From Camelus ferus (taxonomy: Eukaryota), in assembly GCF_009834535.1 (NCBI RefSeq), contig NC_045696.1, positions 100,070,001 through 100,134,000 of the forward strand: DNA of 64,000 bases. Direction: 5' to 3'. The notes under the pieces are model-generated. The model was not told the origin of the DNA. It saw only the letters and a program-made list of their open reading frames with translations, and searched no databases. This document shows positions 53,386 through 64,000 of the stretch, one piece after another; the stretch's first letter is position 1, and the number at the start of each line of letters is the position of its first letter. Position numbers and translations under genes: made by a program.

Positions 53386-53622
53386 ACTCACCTGCTATCC
53401 TAGGAACCCTTTTCCGGAGATGGGAGAGCTGTCCAACCAGCTTCCTGGGTCTCACAACCAGCTTATTCTGAGGAAAAAGGAAAGAAGGATGTCCCTGTCA
53501 GGGGTCATGTTGGGGTTCAGGGCAGCCCCAGGAGAGCACGGCAGGGTTTGCGTCCCAAGTCACTGGTTAGGGCAGGGTGTAAGGCCAAAGGCAGCAGACA
53601 TATGGAGAGCTGATGAGATAAG

Positions 53623-53896
53623 TCAGTGGTCCTCTACCTATCAGATTCATTAAATACTTGATGACACCTATTTTTCATGTCCCCCATTAGGCATTCAAAG
53701 TCATGTAGGACACTGACAAATACTCTGTGCACAGCTGCCCTATGCACTGCAGGAGGTCCAACATCTTTGGCTCCTGTCCATTCAATGCCAGTAATGCCCC
53801 TATCAAAGTGACAACTGCAAATGCTCTCTCTCACACTCTCTCCCATTACCAGTATGAACTCTTGAGAGGTGGGTCATTCTGTGCTGAGAATCACCA
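53623..53896 (+). mobile_element. hAT-Charlie MITE (MER112/MER113-like)
   Basis: cagtggtcctc...gccctatgcactgcagga...aatgccagtaatgcccc...gctgagaatcacca. Confidence 0.6.
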
Positions 53897-56377
53897 ATAT
53901 ATACCTGTGCAAAGCCTTCAAGGATGATCTAGACTCAGGAACCACAGGCAGCTCATCTGTACCCCACTGGGGTGTACCTCATATCTTTATGTACCTGGCC
54001 TAGAAGCAATTCCCAATTCCTGAGGGCATGCCCTAGACGCCTAAGCAAGAGCTCTACTTTTCCTTCACCTCTTGTTTCACAAGCCATGTATAATGAGAGA
54101 TACTGGGCTCACTCCATGTTGCTGTAGCTTCACTGAAGGCTGAGTCCCAAGAAACAAAAATTGGAAGCAAAATGACCCTCTTACAGGAAGCAGGTAGCTG
54201 GCTGGAGTGCTGAGGTGGGCTGTATCCATGGACAGATTTCTGAAGAACCACTAAGGCAGGAGCACCCCCAGAGGTAACCCAAGTGAGAGAGCTGGTGAGC
54301 AGCTCTACATCAAAGTTCTTGAAGACTGTCAGAAATCAGAGACAAAACACAAATGCTAAGTCTCCAGGGCAGAAGCAAGTGTAAAATGAGAAAAAGAATC
54401 AAAAGTCAGAAAACAGATGGAGATGGAATTTAAGAGTTAGCAGGCCAGGAACATGAGTAGGGATGGTCTGGGATGACAGCCAGACTATGGTCTGTTTGGG
54501 GCTCATTATTGCCTGGGAGTGATTACTGCGCAACTCTAAATATATCAAAAACACTAAATAGTACATTTACATTTTGAAAGGGTAAATTTTATGGTATGTG
54601 AATTATATCTGAATAAACCTGTTTTTTAGAGTTTATGGTTGAAGAAGATAAAAATAAAGAAGAATGAATGTGACAGGAACCTGTGTATCTAATAATCCTA
54701 AGATCCTTAGATGTTAACACACTATCTGTGGATGTATGGAATTGAAAGTGAAATAGCATCTCCAGCCAGGGCTTCTAGCAGCCACAGGTCAGGACATCTC
54801 AGATCCAAGCAAGGAGCAGAGGGATTAAGTGCACTAGTTTTCTTAATCTGAAAAGCATAATGATCAGCCTTTGGTAGGTGAAAGTAAGTTTATTTTCTAG
54901 TCTGAGGTATTCAGAGTTATCAGGAACATCAAAGAAGTATTAAAAATCTTATTTCTATGAATTTAATGATATGACTCATATAAAATGAATTCTTTAAATC
55001 ATTATCTAAAAGATGTTCTTGTTCTACAATTATTTCTAAACACGTATCATAGTTGAAGGTATGTCTCCATTTTTTTTTTCTTACCAGTATGATGTTTAGT
55101 CATGTCTCAATGTACTGAAGCCAATCATTTAAGCAAATCTCTTAAGACTTGGCTCAGGCCTAGCAGAGCACAAATAAATATTAAAATGTAAAATAAACAT
55201 ATAATGGATATTATTAGATCATGTTTAGCTCATGGCTAATTTTGTGGTAGATGGTATCATATTTGTTTCTGTGTCCAAGAACATTCTAAGTTTGTTGAAA
55301 ATTTCTGTGGAGTAAAGGAATGGGAATGTGTAAACATAGTTAAATAAAACAGTGACTTTTATCCTCCTCTTTGGATATGTACCAAAGAAATGGAGAAAAA
55401 AAATTACACCACCAATTAGTACTGAAGCATTTAACAAATATGTAATCAGTGTACTGTTAACTTTCAAAATGCATTTTCAAATGTTCTTGAATCTTAATAT
55501 AATTAAAACGAGCTGAAAATCAGAACAATAGGACAAACAATATGTCTTTGGACACAATGCCTGAGCTATTTTCCATTTCTACTCAAGAATTCTCATAAAA
55601 GATACTATGCATTTGTCCATTAAAAATATGTAGTGAATCCAGTCACAAGCCAACCACTAAGAAGTGGCGTTATGCAGGTGCCAACTTGTGTACAGTCTTT
55701 GTCCCCACTGGGCTCAGAGTCTGCTGGGAAGATAATACATGAACCTACAAAGCTAATTGTAACACACTGTGTGAGGATGTTAAGGAGCTGCATTGGAGAA
55801 TCCATAGAAAGAGAATTTAACACAGTGGGGTAAAGAAAGAATAGCCAGAAGGAGTTAGAAAGACTTTGGGAGTAAGGAAGGAGCCACGTCTCATGTAGGA
55901 GCTATCCAGGTAAAGCGCCAATATGGGAGCTGGAAGCAGAAAAGGATTCCAGAACAAGGGGATGAAACTAAACAAGGAACAGAAATGACAAACAGCATAG
56001 TGATTGGGGAGTTTGCTAGCAACTGAATTCTGATGAACACAGTGCTGGGAAATGATGGGGGAGAGGGTAACAAAGGCAGAGGGGACATGTGTGCATTCTA
56101 AGAGGTTGGGCTTTATCCTGCTTGTGTTAATGAGGCCCTGAAGGATTTCAACAATGGACTAATGGACTAAAATTTTTATGACTGTGTATAGAAAGTAGAC
56201 AGTTTAAATACATTAGTAGTATTAAGGAAGAAAAAGAGGAAAATTATTTGAGAAATATTTGGAATACAAGATCTATACACAGACAACAATTAGGTTGTAT
56301 GATTGTATGACAATTAGGTTGTGTGATCAGAAGTGGGTCAGTGAAAGAGATTTTTTTATCTGTAAATCATGGGTACA

Positions 56378-59300
56378 TCTTTTTATTTTTTATTTAAATA
56401 TAATTGATTTACAGTATTATATTAGTTTCAAGTATACAGCATAGTGATTTTGTATTTTTACAGATTACACTCCACTAAAAGTTATTGTAAGATAACGGCT
56501 ATAATTCTCTGTGCTATACAATAAATCCTTTTTGCTTATCTATTTTATACATAGAAGTTTGTATCTCTTAATCCTATATGGCTAACTTTCCCCTTCCCTT
56601 TCCCTCTCCCCATTGGTAGCCACAAGTTTATTTTCTGTTTCTGTGAGTCTGTTTCTCTTTTGCTATACAGATTCTTTGTATTATTTTTTAAATTCCAAAT
56701 GCAAGTGTTATCATCTAGTATGTGTCTTTCTCTGTCTGTGTTATTTCACTAAGCATAATATTCTCTAGATCCATCCATGTTGCTGCCAATGAGAGAATTT
56801 CATTCTATGACCGAGTTATACACACACACACACACCTTGTTAATCCATTCATCTGTTGATGAACACTTGGGTTGCTTCCGTATCGTGGCTATTGTAAATA
56901 GTGTGGAAATGAACATAGGAATGCATTTAGCTTTTCAAATTAGTGTTTTCATTATTTTTTGAATATATACCAAGGAGTGAAATTGTGGAATCATATGATA
57001 GTTCTATTTTTAGTTTTTCGAGAAACCTCCATACTGTTTTCTGTATTAGCCGCACTTATTTACATTTACAAGGGTTTCCTTTTCTTCACATCCTTGCCAG
57101 CATTTGATATTTGCAGACTTTTTAATGATAGTCATTCTGACAGATGTGAGGTGATATCTCATGGTTATTTTTATTTACATTTCTCTAATAATTAGTGTTG
57201 TTGAGCATCTTGTCATGTGTCTGTCAATCATCTGCATTTTTTTTTTTAATGTCTATTCAGGTCTTCTACCCATTTTATGATTGGGTAGGGTTTTTTTTTT
57301 CATATTGAGTTACCTGAGCTGTTTATATATTTTGGATATTAACCCCTTCTTTTTAGTGATATCATTTGCAAATATTTTCTCCCATTCTGGAAGTTGTCTT
57401 TTCATTTTATCAATTTGTTTCCTATGCAAAGCAAAAGTGTTTAAGTTTAATCAGGTCTGATTTGCTTATTTTTACTTTTATTTCTTTTGCCTTAGGAGAT
57501 AGATCCAAAAAATGATTGCCATTATTTATGTCAAAGAGTGTTCTGCCTGTGTCCTCTTCTAAGAGTTTTATGGTTTCAGGTCCTACATTTAAGTCTTTAA
57601 TCCATTTTGAGCTCATTTTTGTATATGGTATGAAGAAATGTTCTAATCTCATTGTCTTACATGTGGCTGTCCACTTTATCCAGCACCACTTATTTAAGAT
57701 GTCTCCCCTGAAGCTTTCCTGAATTCATTTATTAGTTCTAATATTTTTTGGTGGAGACTTCAGGATTTTCTATATAAAGTATCATGTCATCTGCAAATAG
57801 TGACAGTTTTTCTTCTTCACTTGCAATTTGGTTACCTTCCTTTCTCTTGTCTTACTGTTGTGGCTAGACTTACAATGCTATGTTAAATAGAAGTGGCAAA
57901 AGTGGACATCCTTGTCTTGTTCCTGAATTTAGACAAAAGATCTTCAGCTTTTTACGACTGAGTATGATATTAGCTGTGGGTTTGTAATAAATGGTCTTTA
58001 TTAATTTGAGATATAGTCCATCTATGCCCATTTTGATGACAATTTTTATCATGAATGGATGTTTGAATTTTGTCAAATACTTTTTCAGCATCTATTGAGG
58101 TGAATGTGATTTTTATCCGTCTTTTTGTTAATGTGGTGTATCACATTAATTGATTTGCTAATATTGAATCATCTTTGCGTTCCTGGAATAAAATCAATTT
58201 CATCATGATGTATGATCCTTTTTATATATTGTTGGATTTGGTTTACTAATATTTTGTTGAGGATATTTACATTTATATTCATCAGAGATACTGGCCTATA
58301 AGTTTCTTTCTTTTTTTTTTTTTGTAGTGTCTTTGTTTGGTTTTGGTATGAGGGTAGTGGTGGAATGAATTTGGGATTGTTCCATCCTCTTCAATTTGTT
58401 TCAGTTTTGGCAGGTTGCATGTTTCTAGAAATCTGTCCATTTCTTCAAGTTTGTCTAATTTGTTGGTATATAACTGCTTGTAGTATTCTCTTATGACTTT
58501 TTTGTATCTCTGGGTATCAGCTGTTATTTCTTCTCTTTCATTTCTTATTTTATTTATTTGGATCCTCTCTCTTTTCTTCATGATTAGCCTTGCTAAATGT
58601 TTATCAATTTTGTTTATCCTTTCAAAAAAATCAGCTCTTGGTTCCAGTGATCTTTTCTATTGTTTTTTAAATCTCTATTTATTTCCTCTCTGATCTTTAT
58701 TATTTCCTTCCTTCTGCTGACTTTGAGCTTTGTTCTTTTTTTAATTCCTTCAGGTGGTAGTTTAGGTTATTTATTTGAGAGTTTTCTTGTTTCTTGAGGA
58801 AAATCTGTATCACTGTAAACTTCCCTCTTAGAGCTCATTTTGATGCATCTCATAGCTTTTGGAGTGTTGTGTTTCCATTTTTATTTGTCTCGAGGTATTT
58901 TCTGATTCCTCTTTGTTTCATTGCTGACCCACTGATAGCATGTTGTTTAGTCTCCAGGTGACTGGTTTTTTTCCCCCATTATTCTTCCAATAATTGATTT
59001 CTAGTTTCATACCATTGTGGTTGGAAAAATGTTTGATATAATTTCCATCCTCTTAAATTTTTGAGGCCCATTTTGTGGCCTAGTATGTGATATATCCCGG
59101 ATAAGGGTCCATCTGCACTTAAAAAGAATGTCTATTCTGCTGGGTTTGGATAGAATGTCCTACAGATATCTGTTAAGTTCAGCTGGTCTATTGTGCCATT
59201 AATACCACTGTTTCCTTATTTATTTTCCATCTGGATGATCCATCCATTGATGTAACTGGGGTGTTAAAAATCCCCTACTATTATTGTATTATTGTCTCCT

Positions 59301-60100
59301 TTCACGTCTGTTAATATGTGCTTTACATATTTAGCTGCTTCTGTATTGGGTACATACATGTTTACAAATGTTATATACTGTATTTGTATTGATCCCTTTA
59401 TCATTATATAATACCCTTCTTTGCCTTTTGTTATAGTTTTTCTGTTAAAGTCTATCTCGTCTGATAGAAGTACTGCTACCCCCACTTTCTTCTTGTTTAT
59501 GTTTGCATGAAATATCTTTTTCCATCCCCTCATTTTCAGTGTGTGTGTGTCTTTAGCTCTAAAGTTAGTATCTTGTAGGCAGCTTATAGGTGGTCTTTTT
59601 TTTTTTTTTCTTTTTCTAATCCAATCTGTCATCCTCTGTCTTTTGATTGGAGCATTTAATCATTGACATTTAAAATAATTATTGATAGGCATGTACTTAA
59701 TGCCATTTTTATTACACGTTTTCTGGTTGTTTTTGTAGTTCTTCTCTGTCTATTCTTTTTTTTGTTTGTTTCTTCCTTTGTGGTTTGGTGAGTTTCTTTA
59801 GTAGTATGCTTGTGTTCTTTTCTTTTTAGTTTTTGTGTATCTACTGTAGATTTTTTATTTGTATTTACCACAGGGTTCATATATGTTGACCTATAACTAT
59901 ATCTACTTGTTTTAAACTGTTAGTCATTTAAGTTCAAACACACTCTAAAAGATCTACATTTTTTTACTTCTCTCACCCATATTTTGTGTTTTTGATGTTA
60001 CATTTTCTATCTTCATGCCTATCCCTTAATTGTTTATTGCAGTTATAGTTACTTTTACAAATTTTTGTCTTTTAAATTCATATTGGCTTATTTAAGTAAT
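56378..60100 (-). mobile_element. L1 (inter-ORF, ORF2 with internal deletions, 3'UTR) splitting an L2 remnant
   Basis: ORF2 peptides: GWKKIFHANINKKKVGVAVLLSDEIDF...[58 protein letters not shown]. Confidence 0.95.
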
Positions 60101-60104
60101 TGAT

Positions 60105-60870
60105 CATGGTCTTTTGAATTGGGATGTCACTGACATACTCAGATGGAAAAGTCCTGTAGGCATCTGAGTTTGTGAATCTGCAGCTGAGGAGAGAGCTTTC
60201 TGTGGGAAACAGAAGTTGGGGGATTTTGTTTATGTGAGTAATCATTGAAAACATTTTAAAAGATAAGATTATCCATCTCATCTTATCAAACAAGGATTTG
60301 CTAAGTAATGTGTCCTATGGAACATGGACATGTAAGGGTTATGTGGGAAATACCAGTTGTGAAAGAGACAAACATCTGCAAAAGTATGAAATCCAGAAGG
60401 ATGTCATGTCAGGCAGCAGAGAGCCACGGAGGATCAGTAAATAAAGACTGAATTGTTTCCACTGAATTTGGAAATACAGAGGTCATTGGTGGAGTATGCC
60501 AGAATCATTTCCATGGAGAGTTGTCAAGGCAAGCTAGATTGCAACTAATTGAGAAATAAATGGGAAAGAAGACAGTAGAAATGATTTTCAGTTGAGAAGA
60601 GGAGAAAAGAGACTATGGTGGATATAGGGGGAAGCAGACAACAGATGACTTCTCTGGATGAGAGGGGTAAGCTTAAAGCTTGGCTAATGGAAAGAAAACA
60701 AACAAACAGACAGACAAAAACAAAGAAGTTGAAGATATAGGACGTAAACAGGAGGGATTGGAGTGGAAAATTCAGAGCGACTGCCAGGACAAGAGAGAAA
60801 GGAGATAAGAGGACAGATGGTGTCTGGTGCATGTTCTCAATCCAAAAAGGAAATATCTGTTTGCTAAGGA
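60105..60870 (-). mobile_element. L2 remnant (continues from ~55600-56250)
   Basis: aaataaagactgaattgtttccactgaatttggaaatacagaggtcattggt is typical antisense L2. Confidence 0.6.
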
Positions 60871-61039
60871 TCCACAGGTTGGCGCAATGTATTGACAAAG
60901 GTTGGTTAGTGAAGGTGGAGTTGGTTAGACCAGACTGCCACACCTGACTTTCCAATATCCCCAGACTTTGTGTATCACCAAGCTGTAGTTGGACTCATCA
61001 CAGAGCTCTCTATGACTATGAAAACATACTTGCTTGAAA

Positions 61040-61250
61040 CCATGAGCATGAATATAATCAAAACAACTAATATCCTTTCAGCACTTAATATTTGCTATGT
61101 ATTATGCTAAATCCTTTATATGCATGGTTACCTCAATCTTTCAAACAACTTAGGGTGGTAAGATTTACTAATATTTTACTGTTACAGAGAAAGACATAAA
61201 TAGGGGCACACACATGTCAAGTGGCAGAGCTGGTCTTGTCTGGGCACCTA
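61040..61250 (-). mobile_element. MIR
   Basis: cagcacttaatatttgctatgtattatgctaaatcctttata...gttacagagaaag...aagtggcagagctgg. Confidence 0.6.
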
Positions 61251-62109
61251 AAATTTACTCACTGTTCACAAAACCACCCAAAAAGCTGGAAGTACAGAAA
61301 TCTAAGGGATACAGAACATTTGCAAAGATGTAAAGCTGTATTACAAAATCCCTAGTTCCAGCTGACCTGTTAAGACAGCAAAGCAGACTTAGTTCAAAGT
61401 GTACCCTAATACTCAATTTGAAGATGTGTGGCACACACTCTTAATTCAACCATCAACGCAGAATGAAAGGAAGTTTTCTATGTCTTGAATATTTGTCACA
61501 AAGCAAAGATCAGAACTATCAGATAGAGCAATTAATGCTTTGTGTTTGTAAAGTTCATTTAAAAATAGTAACTTCTAAGTATTAAATGCTTATGGTATTC
61601 TTTTTCAAATTTTAAGTGACTTTATTTGGCATTTATTTTGTGTTAATGTTCCCTTCTTTTTAATGTTTTCTGTATATAGTGTCTATATCAGGTAGAGATC
61701 ATTTTTATAAGTTATTGAAATAATCTTGTCATAATATATTGGCTCATAATAATAATAAACTATGAAAATATATTTTTTACTAAAAACATCTGAAAGTTTA
61801 GTATCATATTATCACAGAAAATTATTCACTATTACTATGGTCACTTATTATTTAAAAGCATATAAATAAAATGTTATGGAAAATGTAGAATAATTTATTA
61901 CTTCAGGAATTTCTGAGATTTCTTGGAAATTCCAATTTGTCATTCCTGAGTGATGAGTATTAGTATCAGTTGGGGATTAGGAAACATTATTCTGGATCAT
62001 CAGCTTTCAAATCTTTTTAAGCAGCAGACCCCTTTATCAGACAAAATCCACCCTGGAAATAAGCAATAAAAAAGGAAAAATCAGGCTCTGGCTGAAGGAG
62101 ACCAGAGAA

Positions 62110-62295
62110 TAAAGAAACATGATTCTGACCTGAACTTTATGACCAAATTGCTGAGTGACTTGAGGGTCATCACTTTAGTGTCTTTAAATCTTGGTTTTCT
62201 TGTCAATAAACTGTGGTTGATATAGATGTCCTAGGCCACCAGGCTTGTGGGAGACAATTGAGATGTTGCTGCACAAGAGCTTTGCAAACCTAGGA
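62110..62295 (+). mobile_element. MIR (MIR3/MIRc-like) fragment
   Basis: tgctgagtgacttgagggtcatcactttagtgtctttaaatcttggttttcttgtcaataaa. Confidence 0.55.
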
Positions 62296-62969
62296 TGTCT
62301 TGTCAACTGTTAGATGCTAGGCAGACAGAGGACTTCTACACACCTGATACAACCCTTGTAATGTGACCCCCATGGGGAGAGCAAGGACTGGTACCCCAGA
62401 CTCCATACCCTATCCTGACAGCTTACCTAGTCCCGCCTCCCTCCCTCCTTGCATCATGCCAGCACCTGTCCCTTTTAAGGGCTGGGGCTTCCAGATGTAA
62501 ACAAGACCTTAGGTTTAAAGTGGAGTCATGCACTTTAAACATAACTAGTTCTGATCAGGCAGTAAAACACAGAAAATTTTATCCCTCACATAAAAGTTAT
62601 AGATTATAAGAAGAGGAGTGTGAATTACGAGGAAGTTCAAAGTTTGCTAAAATAGGGGTCAGAAAGTTGTATTTCAGTCTGGAACTGCCATAAAACATGG
62701 AGGAACACTTCAGTTCTCGGCTCGACTTCAGAGTGCACATCTATAAAAGGCCAGGAGGGCCTGGATGACTCCACATTTCCACTTGGAGAATTCGTGCTAC
62801 CTCATTCCCCAGCTGAACTCACACAGAAAAAGGAATCAATTTTGTTCATTTGTGTCTGGAGTGTTCTTGCTAAGTGGAGCTCTGACAATCCTCAGCTCAG
62901 GGAGTTCTTTTTGCGAATAACAGCTCTTTACTGAACAGTAATTGTTATTGTGTTTACTTTCCTTAACGT

Positions 62970-63375
62970 TTGTACCAGTTTTTTAAAAAAACATTATTAC
63001 ATGTAATAAAAAGCAATAAATGCTTGTTAAAATAAATGTAACTGATACGGAAGCGTATAAAGAGTAAGCTTCTTCCTCCCTACAATTCTATCCCCCTGTG
63101 GTAATCATATCATTCCAGACTTTTCTGTTTACACAAACATGAATGTGTATGTGTAATTTAGATGGGGTTTTTTTGGTTCTTGTTTTTGTTTTCTTAGAGA
63201 GAAGGGGTGTTTACTTGCTTCCCCCCTTTTTATGAGACCATTCTGTAATTTGCTGTTTCATCTCTATTTATAGGGGGCAGATTCTAAGTCAGTACATTTT
63301 TATAATGGCTGTTTTAGTTTGTGGATGTACCATAATTTGTTTATGTGTTTCTCTATTGATGAACACTTGAATCTT
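62970..63375 (-). mobile_element. Ancient L1ME 3'UTR fragment
   Basis: gtggatgtaccataatttgtttat...ctattgatgaacactt. Confidence 0.6.
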
Positions 63376-64000
63376 TATTAAACTTCTAGGGGCTGGCTAG
63401 GGGTCATGAAGGTCTGGAATTCTGTACAATGTATTTGACAGGCGCCCTTTGTGATTGCTCATGAGGCAGCCCTTTGAAGTTTCTGAAGAGTGGTAATGAT
63501 TAGAAAGTGATATATTAAATAAAAATATGTTGTTCTCCCCTGAAAATTGTATTTCTTGTTTTCAGCTCTAACACATTGAGATGTAAAGTTACTTCTAAAC
63601 AGTTTCAATACTTCAAGATAACTGGCCCACTATTTCCTTCCTAAATCTTCCTTTTTTCTGGAATAAATATTCCCTGCTTTTCAAATGAAGCCATATCCAG
63701 ACACATTCTCACTCTGATGACTCTTCTTATTCTTCTTCTTTTTTTTTTTTGTGGTATGATAAACTTAATTTTTTCCTTTTGTTTTTTGTTTTATCTGCAT
63801 TTTACAATTTTTTTGCAATGAACATATATGACATAACAGTTTTTAAAGACTATCATAAAAACAAGTAGAGATACATCTAAGAAATTGTTCTTCTGAAAAT
63901 GATACTGAACTCATGTTAAAAACAAATTAACAAATATCAGAGGGGATTTTTTTTTGGAAATGAGATGGTGTGGAATTTTTTTTAATTTCTGGAGCCTCAA

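Noticed and set aside
55225..55467. 80-aa hydrophobic ORF within the duplicated block (VLIGGVIFFLHFF superficially like the PLSCR helix)
   Set aside because: The frame is not preserved in the 43.6-kb copy, and no other scramblase motif is present.
56284..56326. Short tandem duplication acaattaggttgtatgat x2
   Set aside because: Only two units with a 6-nt spacer; simple slippage, not an array or CRISPR.
62430..62530. GC box, FOX and AP-1-like motifs
   Set aside because: No CpG island or downstream exon, and too few motifs to separate from chance.

Overview
Mammalian, AT-rich, repeat-dense genomic DNA. It is probably camelid, judged from a tRNA-Ala-derived SINE with a Vic-1-type tail and from seeing no Alu, Bov-A/BovB, PRE1 or SINEC; this is an inference. 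The only protein-coding gene I can support is an intact six-coding-exon phospholipid scramblase (PLSCR-family) gene on the + strand: 11657-11749, 13057-13099, 15751-15971, 18861-19022, 21926-22087 and 32862-32891. The CDS is 711 nt (236 aa), all introns are GT-AG, and polyA signals follow the stop. The protein is a divergent paralog with no proline-rich N-terminus and altered palmitoylation, NLS and Ca2+-binding motifs. The rest is mostly transposon fossil: several L1 generations (nested inside the last intron), MaLR/ERV LTRs including a young solo LTR, hAT/Tigger MITEs, MIR/L2 and a probable ancient RTE-clade LINE. An unexplained ~600-bp diverged direct duplication lies at 43.6 kb and 55 kb. 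Repeat family names and boundaries come from recall of consensus sequences and are approximate; no searches were run.
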